Positions 37,966 to 50,705 of a stretch of 64,000 bases of DNA are shown here, piece after piece. The stretch is taken from positions 124,001-188,000 of the forward strand of contig QPGO01000010.1 in assembly GCA_008632985.1 (NCBI GenBank), read 5' to 3'. Made by a program: the position numbers and the translations under genes. Position 1 is the first letter of the stretch, and each line of letters starts with the position of its first letter. Source of the DNA: Psammoneis japonica. Lineage: Eukaryota. The notes under the pieces are model-generated. The model was not told where the DNA came from, did no database searches, and saw only the letters and a list, made by a program, of their open reading frames with translations.

Positions 37966-39972
37966 CTATACTTGTAGTACCTTACCACCGGGACGCAAAC
38001 CAACAGCTTTTTTCTTTTCTTTTTCCCCTTTGCACTCGGCTGTCGCACTTGTCGGTGAAGCTACCGTCTCGTCGCCGCCTAGATCGATGTCCCAATCGTC
38101 TAAATCATTGTCAACGATCCCAAAGGCATCCTTCAAGGCATTTCGAGACAAGGGAGTTTGATTCGACGAGGGGAAATTGTTGACGTATTCAACAGACTGT
38201 GAATCTCGGTGGGTGCTATCTTTGGGTACAGCAGTGTCACGAGAAGAATCCCGCGCTGGAGAGCCCTTCAGTGACGGCGGCAATCTTCCAAAAACTTGCT
38301 GCCATTCCTCTTTAATGCTCTCATGCTCTAGCTGAATAAACTTGTAGTGATCCTCTGTTGTACTAGTAGCTGCACCGGAAAAGTGAGAAGGCAGTACACC
38401 AAGTATCATGGCTAGAATCTGGTCCAAAAGGGAAAGCTCGCCTTCGACCGGTCTGGATTCCGAATATTTTCTGTCCTTTGTTTCCTTTTGCTGCATTCCG
38501 TACTCCGCCTCCTCGTCTGCCCATTCCTCCTCCTGAAGTGATTCCAGCAAATCGTCAACTTGCTTCATTCTTGTCTCCAAGGACAGTACAACGGCCTTCG
38601 CCATTTGGAGCTGGGGCGAATACTCTTTCTCCTGTTCCGCTTCTGCAGCTTCACGCCTTGGGATTAGGTCTTTTTCTATACTAGCGGAATACGATTCTTC
38701 ATCGATAGATGCGTCGCCTAAACCATCGTTAGACAGCAACTCAGCGTCATCGTCAGCGCCATTGTCATCGATTCCACTAGCGGAAAGCGATTCCTCGCTT
38801 TTGGGACTTGCCTTGTGAAAGTCATCTGGTGATATCACAACGCGGCCATCCTCATTGGTCTCGAAACCATCCGCTGTGTCTTCAATGGATAGTTTATCGT
38901 GAGCAAAAATAGATTCGTCGTCACTTTCATCCCCAATCCATCCTTCTTGTCGCCTTAACGTTTCGAGCTTGTCTTGAGCAACTTCTAGGCGATGATTGAA
39001 CGTCTCACGAACCTGATAAAGCTTGTCAAGCTGCTCTTTTCGCCGGACCGTGCGCCAATCATGTAGCTCCGACTCATAAATTGTTTCCTGTTTGTGAGAT
39101 TGCTCTGACCGGGCAAGTACTTTGAGTTCGTGATTCATCTCAATTTTCCAGAAGAGACCGCGGCTGCAATTTCGCAAGTGTCGCTGGATTCGCCGCACAA
39201 CAGGAACATCGTGCGGTTGCAACAAAATTTTCCATTCCCGTGCAGTAGTTACAACCTTTTCATTTTGTTCATTAGTTCCACCTCGGCACAGAAATTCAGG
39301 ATACGGCAGCACAGCAAAACCCAGCTTGTCACTCCAGATATCGTCCGCCGTGTCGGCATGAAAGGCCATGCCGGCATCAAAGAGTTCGCCAACACGCTCC
39401 TCAAAGTGATATGACAACGCCTCGCTCTCGACTGTCTCCTGTCTGTCGCTGGTTTCGCCGTCCTCGTCCAACATGAGAGCATCACCCACCTGCTTTCGTA
39501 GTTCTCGCGCTTCATCCATGCTCTTTGGTGTATACCCGCAGAGTTTTTCTAAATCCACAACCACCAACGGTAAATTTGGTGGTGGGCTAGTCGATACATT
39601 GTCCTCGTCAATAATTTCAACCTCCTCCTCGTTGTTTGTGGAATTGACATCTTCCTTTTCCTCGTCGCAAAGATCGTCGAATGCTGTTTTGATCTTTGGT
39701 AAAGGTACCAAGGCGTCCCAATCATCTTCAGCATATGGATTTTCTGCATACCTCTCTTCACTACCTGACAACGAAACTATTTCTTGTATCTGATCTTTGT
39801 TTTCATCTTTTTCGCTCTCTCGCTGTTGACCACCAAGCGGCTCCAAGTTGTGGCATGCCGATTCTATGGCGGAGGTAGTCACGCCGTTCCTCTTGCTTTC
39901 CTGCTCTTTGAGAGCAGCTGCCAGTTCTGGCGACAAGTCAAGCGTCAAACCTAAGGGGTTTCCCGTCGACAT
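37966..39972 (-). CDS. Hypothetical acidic, coiled-coil protein
   Basis: Uninterrupted ORF of about 670 codons from the ATG at 39972 (MSTGNP), normal composition. Confidence 0.8.
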   Translation of the reverse strand: MSTGNPLGLTLDLSPELAAALKEQESKRNGVTTSAIESACHNLEPLGGQQRESEKDENKDQIQEIVSLSGSEERYAENPYAEDDWDALVPLPKIKTAFDDLCDEEKEDVNSTNNEEEVEIIDEDNVSTSPPPNLPLVVVDLEKLCGYTPKSMDEARELRKQVGDALMLDEDGETSDRQETVESEALSYHFEERVGELFDAGMAFHADTADDIWSDKLGFAVLPYPEFLCRGGTNEQNEKVVTTAREWKILLQPHDVPVVRRIQRHLRNCSRGLFWKIEMNHELKVLARSEQSHKQETIYESELHDWRTVRRKEQLDKLYQVRETFNHRLEVAQDKLETLRRQEGWIGDESDDESIFAHDKLSIEDTADGFETNEDGRVVISPDDFHKASPKSEESLSASGIDDNGADDDAELLSNDGLGDASIDEESYSASIEKDLIPRREAAEAEQEKEYSPQLQMAKAVVLSLETRMKQVDDLLESLQEEEWADEEAEYGMQQKETKDRKYSESRPVEGELSLLDQILAMILGVLPSHFSGAATSTTEDHYKFIQLEHESIKEEWQQVFGRLPPSLKGSPARDSSRDTAVPKDSTHRDSQSVEYVNNFPSSNQTPLSRNALKDAFGIVDNDLDDWDIDLGGDETVASPTSATAECKGEKEKKKAVGLRPGGKVLQV

Positions 39973-40180
39973 GGTCTGCGTAAGCTTTTGAATAACATAC
40001 AAACGTGGACTTGTATAATGCAAACAAGCTTCAGATGCGGAAGGAACCCTTCAAAGAAAATCTCGTGGATGGTCGCGGGTCGCGGGTCCAGCGCGCGATT
40101 TCTCGGACGACGCAACGACGAGAAAACTGCTTGCCCATGCATCGCACACCAACAATCAAACCGGCGCATTGTCACGTCGA

Positions 40181-40200
40181 CACACACACACACACACACA
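40181..40200. repeat. (CA)10 microsatellite
   Basis: Direct read. Confidence 0.9.
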
Positions 40201-40214
40201 AATCTCCCACGTAA

Positions 40215-40983
40215 CCGGCAAGGGTGCTGCAATGATCGGCTCTGCCAAGCTGCACCATGGTGAGTCACAGTCCCCAGCTGGGGGTGAGGAAAAGAAGGGA
40301 GGTTGCTCCTGTGGTGGGAGCAGGCTTTTTTGACCTTCTTTGACCAGAGACCTCTCTCTCCTGTGAGCACAGGTCTGTGGCACAGCTTGCTGGTCAGCCA
40401 ACATGCTGGTCAGCCAACATGCCATTTTGTTTAATGCTCCAACTGCTCTCGCAACTGCGATCTCCTCATGCTTGTTGATGTTCCTTCTTGTTTTGTGCGC
40501 TGGCTCATGCAAAACACAGCACTGCCAGTGCGAGCAACAACGACTCTCTTGGCACTGCTTTTGTTGCTGTTGTGGCTCTGCTGGGGCACAGTCAGTTGCG
40601 AGCCTTGGCTCATCACATTTGTTGGCATGACACTGCACAAATGAAGCAATGGCTGTTGTCAAACCCAAAAAATGTTTGTCTCCATCAAAAGTTCAGGGTT
40701 GAAATGTGAGGTTGTCAACACAAGCTGATTTGTGGGCTCATTGCTGACACCTGCTGTCCACAGCAAGCTTCGCCATTCCCACTTGCAGCCCCTCTCCATT
40801 GCTTGTGATGGTGCATGAGAATGCACTGGACTTGACCACGATTGTGTGCATCATGCAATCTTGGCAACAACCCTCTTCTTTTGTGCACTGTGCACAGCCT
40901 TCTTGTTGTCTTCAGTGCCCCCAAATTTGACCTGCCAGGCTGCAAACAGGGAGGCCACCATTTGCTCTCATTCATTTGGTGTG

Positions 40984-41016
<33 letters not shown>

Positions 41017-42300
41017 CACAACTCAAACACTCAAATTGAGCCAAGTTGTTTGTTTGCTCAGTCTTTTTACCCTCCTGCAGCATCAGATCTTTCTGGCGCA
41101 ACAGCCTCAGCCAGCCCATGCTGACAACAGCCACCAGCCCCGCTGATGTGCAGATGGTTGGGTGCCAAGCAAATTTCTTGCTCCTGATTTCAGCCAACGC
41201 TGCTGTGCCTGCTGTCAATCTGCAGCTTGGAACAATGCCAAATGAGCAGCTCCTGCTTGGCTGCTTTTCATTTTTGTCACGTTTGGCAGCTGATCTTGGT
41301 GGCACCAATCAACTTGTTCCATCAAGAGAGAGAGGCAAAAATCCCCCCAACATGGCATCTCTGCAAGCAGCAGCAGCCTTGCTGTGTGGCTTGGAAGTGC
41401 AGACCAATGGCAAGTTTCAACAAGTTGTTGCTCAAAACACTGGCCATGCTCAAAGAGCTCCCCCTTGAGAACCCCAGCCAGTCCAAAGAAGAACTTGTCC
41501 AAAGGCAAGAGGATGCTTTGTGCCTTCTTTGCTTCTTTCTTTGCCTCCATGAGCAAAGTCACTGAGACCTGTTTTAGAAGCTCTTGTTGAGGCTCTCTGA
41601 ACAACTGCAAGGAAAACAACATCTTTGCATTTGACGGAAATGCCCAGCACTGTCACAATGAAAAACAGTGCTGGCAGATTGTTTGGCAGGTTCAGAAGAT
41701 TGGCTCCTGTTTTTTTTTAACTTTTGCACTTGCCAGCCATTGTGACACTCATTTGGTTGCTTGTCTTGCTGCTTTTCTGCCCCCCTGCGGTGTTGTGGTT
41801 TGGACCTGCCCCCCCCCCCACTGGACTCACGTCCTGCACACAAAGGGTTTGCCGACCTGCCTGTGGTTCTTGCGAGGGATCAGTTCACATTTGCAGTGGC
41901 TGGCAACTGCACAGCAGTGCATTGCTGGTTGACAGGGGTCAGTGCTTCCTGGCAAACAAGCAAACTTGCAAAAAAAATGGGCCTGAATTCTGAAGACAAA
42001 AAGTGGCAAAAACCTTGGTGCACAACCTGGGCCAAATCTCACAGACAGAGAAGCTCGTGCATGCCCAAACGCTGCTGCAGGAAAAGAGTGGCAGACAACT
42101 TGGCAAACAACCTGGTTCTCCAGGCTCCAAAATGGGTGCAGTGCAACCTGCTGCACAGGTTTGCACCTGGATGCACACAGCAAATTTCAAGCATGATGGA
42201 GCACCCAAGGCCTCCACAGGGCCAACAAGAGCCCAAGTTCTTGCGCATGGCAAGAATCTACCCCAAAGACCAGATGGGTCGAATCTCAGGCTGCATGCAA
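40215..42300. other. TpA/CpG-depleted domain B (unclassified repeat remnants)
   Basis: TA nearly absent. Shares sequence with 46880-47400. (GA)n tract at about 40985-41016. Confidence 0.85.
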
Positions 42301-42646
42301 TCCAAAAATGAGGCACTTACGTCAGTCAATGGTTATGACCAAATGGCCGTGGCACCTGTTGATCCAATTTCCATCAACACCAACCGCGTCAAACAACACG
42401 TGCCTGCTTTTCAAACCTGCTTTGGGATCGCGTGAGTGAGTCGTGCAGGCGGCACGACTCGATTGTCCTGCAACAGCATAGCAAACATTCCAAAAATAAG
42501 CTGGACACTAGACACTATTACCTATTACACCTCTCGCAGGCAAAGAGCAGAGAGGTACGTAGGAGGTTGTCAGTTTCCGTTGAGTTCCTGTGCCTAAGAA
42601 TTCCACTTCAGCAAAAACCAGCACCCTATCATTCTTCTTCAAGACG

Positions 42647-43759
42647 ATGGCTGATCAACTATATTTCCAATCAAGGCTACGCAAGAAGGCCGAACATCGC
42701 CCGTTCGATTTCCATTCGTACATGTCCCTTATACAACAACATACGTTCAAGAGCGTCGTTGTACCTGTCGATGTGGCTTGTGCAAAAGCCATAGTATCTT
42801 ATTATCAGCAACGGTACAACAGCCGCCATGGGGCGTTATCAAACAATGATATCGAGCAACTGTACAACCTTCGTAAAAGAATCACCGAAGCAATTGACAA
42901 AGAATTTGATGGCGGGCCCGTATTTTGTCGGATGACAAATCGTTCTCCAAAAGACGGTGAGCCGCGAGATCTTGAGAAATTATCGCATCTTTACAGGCAA
43001 CAGCTTCGCGAGTTGGAAGAACAAGAAAGACTAATGTCAAGAATTCCGCCCACCGAGTCGTCACCATCAGTTTGGAGCAGATCCAACATGCAAATGGTAG
43101 CAGCCAGTTCGGCTCAGCTTCAAATGCTCCGTTGTGAGAAGGCTCATGAAGTAATGGACCTTCTGCTATCAAGTGAAAGGGTATTCGTCGATACATTGTT
43201 GGCATTGGATTGTGCTTCTGCCGATTCTAATGACGAATGGTCCACCTGTTTGATCCTTCGAGAATGGAATGAAAAAGTCCGCGGTGATTGGGAATTTCGG
43301 CTTTTTGTTTACGAAGGCGATCTGACAGCAGTTTCTCAGTACAATCATTATTGTATCTTTCCGGAATTGAATATCGAAGTGGACGAGAATTCCCTCAAAA
43401 ACGAGATTGTTACATATTGGAAGGAGGTGCGCGAGTGTATTACTTTTTCAAACTCGTACGTCGTCGATATCGTGAAGCTATCGGACGGAACATGGAAAGT
43501 GATCGAATTAAATCCGTATGCAACAACAACAGGAGGGGCATTATTCGATTGGGATATTGATCGAGACATACTTCATGGGAAGAGCTATCACCTGAACGAC
43601 GGAGAACAAAAACAGTTCAAGCCGGAGTTGCGTATCCGTCACGAACCATACCGAGGCCTTGAAGATCTACTGGAGGTAGTGATGTTGCCATTTGTCTCAG
43701 GAAATCAGAAGCCATTTCAATCTGGGCCTTGGGAACAGTTCCTCGCTATATGTGTTTGA
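42647..43759 (+). CDS. Cdc123/D123-like ATP-grasp protein
   Basis: RSPKD, LLSSERVFVD, LILREW, EFRLFV...LTAVSQY, YVVD and VIELNPY..TTGGALFDW. Confidence 0.85.
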   Translation: MADQLYFQSRLRKKAEHRPFDFHSYMSLIQQHTFKSVVVPVDVACAKAIVSYYQQRYNSRHGALSNNDIEQLYNLRKRITEAIDKEFDGGPVFCRMTNRSPKDGEPRDLEKLSHLYRQQLRELEEQERLMSRIPPTESSPSVWSRSNMQMVAASSAQLQMLRCEKAHEVMDLLLSSERVFVDTLLALDCASADSNDEWSTCLILREWNEKVRGDWEFRLFVYEGDLTAVSQYNHYCIFPELNIEVDENSLKNEIVTYWKEVRECITFSNSYVVDIVKLSDGTWKVIELNPYATTTGGALFDWDIDRDILHGKSYHLNDGEQKQFKPELRIRHEPYRGLEDLLEVVMLPFVSGNQKPFQSGPWEQFLAICV

Positions 43760-44159
43760 CGGACCTTGACGATTCATCACAACCTCCTGAATCTTGTCCA
43801 TTCCAAGTCAACTGCGTCGTCAACTAGGGGATGAAGGCAGCCGTTAAATACAAATCCAAGCTCACTACCTGCTCCAATGTGTACCCGGATCATATCCAAA
43901 GAAGAAGGATAGTCTTGTTTTCCCGAGACCGATTATCAATGACAGAGAGTCTGCACTTCCAGAATTTGACATTTTGTAGACGCTGTTTCCTTAGAACATT
44001 TGAACATCATTCTAGTTTACTTCGTTTCTCCTTTCTGTGTCTCCACTCCTTTCTTTTGCAATAACATAGCCACCGTCGGAAACCTTCACGACAACAATTT
44101 AGCCAAAAGGTGCTACTTCCCTTTTTTGCCACTTGTTTTTGGATCGTCGAGTTTAAGGT

Positions 44160-47100
44160 GCAGCTGTGGCACTGCAGTGGGTCTGTTTCTCTCCAGGCCT
44201 GACGAGTTGGCAAAAGAGCTGTGCTGGATGACTGCACACCTCTGTTGTTTGCAATTTTTCAATGGCAACTGTAAAATTTGAAATTTGCACAGCCACACAG
44301 CATTGCAGGTGTGCCAATCATGTTGGAAAAAACATGCGCACTTGGTTTCCCATCCAGCGCAAACAACCACAACAGCGCACGAAATCCTTTGTCATCTCCT
44401 TCTTTCCAAGCAACATGAAATGTGCATTTCATCATTGTTGGGTTTGTGCTGTTGCTGTTGCTGTTGTCAAAATGTTGGTTGATCAAATGTTTTGAACTTC
44501 AAAGACACTGGATGAAATGTTGCTTGAAAGAAAAGCCAACACTGGATTGCCAGCATTGACGCAATCTAGCTGCTGCCACCATCACACAAATTCAAAGGGC
44601 TGTTTGTGTCATTTCATTTGCTTGTTCTTCTTTTTTCCCTTCCCTCCTTTCCTTCCTCTTTTTCTAGAGTCATTGAGTGCTGCTGGCAAGTGCAGATGTG
44701 GTGACCATTTTGAGTGCACGGGAGTGCTTCAACATGCTCTCTTGCATGTGGCAATCAGCTCCAACAAAAAAATGCCCAACTTGGCTGATTGCAGATTTGC
44801 TGCAGTGCACTTCACTTGACATGGCATCATCACACAGGAACAACAAAACAACGATGAAAAACAGATTCTTAGTCAACACTGTCAGAGCATTTGTCAAAGA
44901 AATCATTGCATCAGATTGCATTGCATTTGATCAGATTGGGCCTGGCAGATGGCAAAACACAGCACTGCAAGTTTGCTGTTCTTCTTGTTTGGAGATTCCC
45001 TGTGTTGTTTTTGAGCTTGAATCATGCAACATCAACATTGCTGTGCTTTGTTTTCAATGTTCATTTGATTGGCTGATGACCCATCTCCATGCTGGAGATT
45101 TTGCTGCACACCCTTTTTTCTTTCCTCCCTCTGTGTTTTGGTGCAAAAGAACAAAGTAACTGTGATCACAACCCCATTTTGTTTTTGCACTGTTGCATTT
45201 TTGGAAAAAGTTTCAACTTAAAAAAATGCTGGTCCACTCCAACAACCAAATTCAGTGAGCTCCAACACAGCACAATCAACAAATGGTTGGCGATCTTGCC
45301 AGCTGTTTTCTTTTCTTTGCCAAAAAGCCCAGCAACTCTCAGTGCACCTGGACAATGTGCCTGAACAAGAAGAACATGACAATGAACAATGGACTGTGTG
45401 ACAGGCTGTTTTCCTGGTGTTGTCAATTGCTCAACTTAAACTTCATTCAATTGAATTTGGGTCATTGGACAACTCATTGTGTGCCATGTCCAAACAGGCA
45501 CAACAATGTCTGTCATGGTTTGAATTTGGTGGCTCTGAGTTTGCTCAAGAAGAAATTGGCCATGCACTTCTGGAACCATGTTGTTGCAGCAGACTTGTTC
45601 TGGTGAAGAAAGAATTTTGGCATGGACAGACTGTCTCAATGCAATGGATTGTTTCCAACTCTCCCCAGCAGCCACTGCAAGAAGGAACAGAACAAGCCAG
45701 CTGGCACAAGTGACTGATTTTTTCTTTTCTCATCATGACTGGTGAGATTGCTCTTTGTGCATCACATGCAGATCTGCATGATCAGCGCACTCCACCTGCA
45801 CAACTCTGACTGCAACTTGTGCCACAGGGAGCTGTCTCTCCTTCCAACAGAAGCCATCCACTTCATGCCTGCTGTCAGCAAAGATCAAGCATTTCTTGTC
45901 ATCACCATGCAACAACAATTTCTGCAGCTGCATCTCCATCAAAGGGCTCGTGCAGAACCAAATCAGCTCTGCAACTTTGCACATGCATGGCTCAAATGGG
46001 ACCTTGACAAACACAGCTGTTTCATCAACATGCCAGTTGATGATGATGACAAGAACCACAATCCAAGAAGAGTGCACCTCTGATCCAACTGGACACACTG
46101 CCTCTCTAGAAGCTGTCCAACAGTTTGAAATGCCATCGCGTCACCTTCAAAGCAAAACTTGCTGAGCTTTTTGCCAAACACCAAGGCAGAGCCAGCAACC
46201 TCCCACCTCACTGGCATCATGCTCTTGTGCATCTTTTCAAAGAAGATGACTTTGTCATTGCCCAATGTGACAAAAACCTGGGGCCCACCATTGTCAAAAA
46301 GAAGACCAAGCAATGCACATCAAAATGGCACTCACAACCACCTCAATGATGTGACTTGCATGCCACCACTTGAGCAAGTTTGAAGCCCAAGTGCATGAAT
46401 GTTGCATCAAAACCCTCCTTGGTGACTTGCTCAAAATGCACAAAAGCAGCCTCTCTGTGCTGAGGAATGCAAGTGCTTGAAACATCACATTGAGGCTGAC
46501 AAAAATCCATTCCCTGTCTTCCACCTTGCTTCAAAGTGGCACAAATCTCCACTGCTGTGCTCTTGACCCATCGCACAGACCAGTGACAGCCTCGTCCATG
46601 GCTTGGGCATCTGCAAACAAACTCCAGAAAGCTGCACACAACATTCACACTTTAAGAGCTCCCCAGACCTCAAGCAAGAACCAGTCCAAATGACAGCGCC
46701 ACTGAGTTGCCTCCTCTTGACATCTGATGCTGAGGCCTGCTGTTCAAACATTCCTGCTGCCAAAGCCCTTTTCATGAGATCACCTCCTGTCTTTGATGCC
46801 ATGTTGATGACTGCCAAGATTCACCAATGGAGCCTCTCATTGAAGCACTTCAAATCAACAATGGTGTTGCAATGGTGGGTTCTGCCAAGCTGATGGTGGA
46901 GCACAGTCCCCTGCTGCAAGAAAAAAGAGTGAGATGAGCTCCCACATGGTGCTGTGCTTCTTCATCAGAGGCAAGAAAAGAACAAAGAGGGGTGCCGGGG
47001 TTTGCAGAGCCAGCAGAGGACCCTTCACATTCTTTCTTCTGGCGCAAGTGCACAAGAGCTAAGATGAGTTGATGGCACCAATTTGTTCATCCATCAACAT

Positions 47101-50100
47101 GCTGTTCAGTTTGCCACTTTCATTGATCTTGCTGCTGTGCTTGCCTCAAACCTTTTGTTGTTCCTCTTTTCTTCTTGCTGCCATGCTGGCTTCATTTTTC
47201 CGGCAAGAGCCAGCTCTCTTTTGTGTGCTTTGTTTCTTGTTGTTGATGATTGTGGAGTGCATGTGGGTCTCTGTGGCAGGGTGCAAGCCTTGGCTCATGA
47301 TGCACTCATTTCCATGAGACTGCACAAATGATGATGATGGTGCATTGGCTGTTGTCACACCCAAACAAATGCTTGTCCATTGAACAATCAGAGCTGGGGG
47401 AGGTTGAGAACAAGTTGTGGGTGCTGTCAGCAAATTGGACATCATCTGAATGAGAGAGAGAGAGAGAGAGAGAGAGATGACAACTTGACTTGACTTGAAT
47501 CAATTTCATCAACCTGTCTGTCCTTCTTTGGATCTTTTTAACACAACACAATGCCCACCGCACGTCAACAACAACAGCCGGCCGCTGATGAAGCCACCGC
47601 AAAAGTCTTGTTCTCCTGACTTCAGCCAACGTTGTTGTGCCTGCTGTTTGCTAAAATGGTTGGACAAACATCCAATTAAGCAGCTCTGCCTTGGCCACTT
47701 GCATTGCTGTTGTTTGTCACATTTGAAAGAAAATTGCCAATTTTGATCGTTCGTTTGAGAGAGAGAGAGAGATGCCACTTCATTCATTCGCCCACCGCGT
47801 GACAACAACAACAGCCAGCCACTGATGTGAAGCCACCACGAAAGTCTCATTCTCCTGACTTTGGCCAACATTGTTGTGCCTGTTGTTTGCTGGGACAGTT
47901 GGGTGAACATGGCTTCACCAATTTTGATCATTTGAGAGAGAGAGAGAGAGAGATGCCAATTTTGATCATTCAAGAGAGAGAGAGAGAGAGAGATGCCACT
48001 TCACTCATTTGTTTGTTTGAGAGATGAGAGAGAGAGAGAGAAAGAGAGAGATCCCAGCCTTTCATCTTCCACCACAAGTGGAAGCCTGCCATGTGGCTTG
48101 GGAATGTGGGTCAACAACAAGCTCCAACAAGTTGCTCATTGCCATTGGCCACACTTCAACAGCAGTCTACCTTGTTGACCACAAACAAGAGCTCATCCAA
48201 AATTGCAAGTGGTGCTGCCCAGCAGCCCAACTGTCTCCAAGCCTCTTGTGCTGCTCAGCTTGTCCAGCAATGAGGCCTGCCACTTTGGCCCCCCTCTGTT
48301 CCCGAGCAAAGCCACCAAGACCTGCCTTTGGAGGCTCTCATCAAGGCCCTCTTCTGAACAATCATCTCATGAAAAACACAACAGTCATGGGTGCACCACC
48401 CACCCCACCATGTGCAATGCTGTCCATGTAGAAGCAGGTCTGGGGGGAGCTTGGCTGCAACCTCAAAGACCACAAAAACACAGCTTCATTGACACAATGT
48501 TTTTGGCACTCCTTTTTGCTTGGGCCACCACCTGGTGGTGCCACCCAATGCTGCCTGCTGGAAAGCATTTGCACTCTCCAGACTGTCAAGAATGACTTTG
48601 AAATCACCTGGGTGGCCAGAACCCAACATGTGTCACACTGTGAATTTCACGGACCCACAGTGTTGCTCCATGGCCAACACATTGTCCACACCCCCAGCAC
48701 CCTCTGCAAAAAGCTGTGCCCCATGCACTCTGCCAGCACCACAGAGGTGCCCAAACTAAAAATGAAGCATGTGGGTGTCGCTCTCCCCAGCATCAAATGC
48801 AGTGGGGCCCCAAATGCAATGAGCCCAAAACCCACATGCATTAAAAATAAAAGACAGACCCAAATTGTTAAATTGCCCCCCCAGGCAAATTGTTCCCCCC
48901 TGTGATGCACTCTGCTCCCCCACCTGAAGCACTGTCTGGGCATGCACTTTTGGTTCAAAACCTCTGCTCTGACTTCAACAATGCAAAAGTGAAGATGAGA
49001 CCATTGCACCTTTGTCTCCAAGCCCATGGCTGCAAGCCCAGCAAGCTGCAGCCAGGCTCCAAAAAGTGCGGCAGCACCCACAACCTCATTTTTGGTGAGC
49101 CAGGTGCATGCCCAGATCAGACATGCCCCCATCCAACCCACTGTTCTTCATGTGCTGCATCACCCAAATGAAACCCATCAGCACCTTGCGTGTTTTTCAG
49201 AATCTTTTGGAAGGGAGCCATGGCCCACCCACCCTGCTTGTGGTGTGCACAACCCCACCACCACCACCACCACCACCACACCACCTTTGTGAGACCATGC
49301 CCAACAACAAATGGGGTGCACTGCTGCTTGCTGCAACTGACCTCACAATCTTGGGAACACCTGCTGTCCCATCCCAAAAACCTTTGCATCTTCACAGCCC
49401 CCATTTTTGTCCCACAGGATTGCAAGCAGGGAGGCAGAGCCACCTCAAAAAGCCAGTTGTTTGAATCAACCTTGGTTTGTCTGTCTCACAGGAGCCCACC
49501 ACAGCTTGGATCTTTTTTTGACACAGCAGTCTCAACCACAGGCATCACAACAACAGCAGCCAGCCACTGATGAAGGCACTGCAAAAGCCTTGCTCCTGAT
49601 TTTCTGCACAGCTGTTGGACGAATGTCTGACTGGCAGCTGCCACCTTGGCCACTTTCACTTTGGTCGCAGCCAAATTTTTTGTGCCTGTCATGATTGGTG
49701 CTCCTGAACAGCCCAACAAATGTCTGAAGTGTGGCCACAACACTGGCTGCTCTGTTTTTTTGTTTGTTGTGTTTGTCAGTGGTTCCCTGCCTGACTGACA
49801 TGGAGAGAGTGTGGTGGAGAGCTTGAGAGACATCGGGACACAAGCCAACACCATGTCAGCCCTGCGACTCAACTCATCTGTCCCCCCCCCCCCCCCACAC
49901 ACACATCGGATTGTTTCAACATGACAATCTCAGCCACATTGACAACAGCAGCTGGCAAATGACAGAGCCACCACAAAAGTCTTGCTCCCAACTTTGGCCA
50001 ATTTTGTTCTTCTGTCCACCATTTGCTGGATGGCTTGGACGAATGTCCGACTGGCCAGCGGCTCAGCCTTGGCTCTGCTCGTCTCCTTTGTTGTTTGTTG

Positions 50101-50380
50101 ACCGCATTTGATGGGAAACTGGCTGTGCCAATTGTGCCATTCATTTGAAAGAGAGGAAAAGAGAACAGTGCATGGACTTGAGCCAATCAGCTGCAGCACT
50201 CTTTTGTGCTGCCTCTGGCCATCTCCTGCAGCACACAGCAGCCTCCAGCAAGAGCCGAGTGTGTGTGTCAACAACAGCTGTGTCTGTGTGTCTTGGACAA
50301 ACACCCAAATGGCAGCTGCCTCAGCTGCGCTTTCCTGCTTTTCGACAGTTGCTTTTGATGGTCTTTCGTGCTCTCATTCG
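44160..50380. other. TpA/CpG-depleted domain C
   Basis: TA and CG nearly absent until about 50385 (actacagtgccgcactagatagggcctatgtaccggtac). Several (GA)n tracts at 47450-48050. Confidence 0.9.
46100..46800 (+). mobile_element. Penelope-like RT remnant
   Basis: FVIAQCDKNLGP, TKIH, and LLTSDAEACCSNIP (cf. D...LYTNIP, with Y->C). Confidence 0.55.
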
Positions 50381-50705
50381 CTCAACTACAGTGCCGCACT
50401 AGATAGGGCCTATGTACCGGTACACGCCCGGGACGATGAACATCATTTCAGATGCCGTTATTTCGTTAGAATAGAAAACTACGTTATAACGACTATTGCT
50501 ACTATAGCACTGAAGAGATAATAAAAAATGTTATGTATAGAAAATTTTTTATATATTCCACGCCAGGCGGCCAGCCCCCATTTCAAACCGTCAAACCGCG
50601 CCCCAGAATTCCTCACATTTTTTCTTTCCCGTGCGAGAGACGCAAAAACCAACAACCCTGATGTCCATGTGAAAAGAAAGAGCAACTCCCCTACTCGAAT
50701 TCGAC

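Noticed and set aside
47550..47950. Repeat-spacer-like pattern suggestive of a CRISPR array
   Set aside because: Units are long, degenerate and irregularly spaced, the context is eukaryotic, and there are no cas genes.
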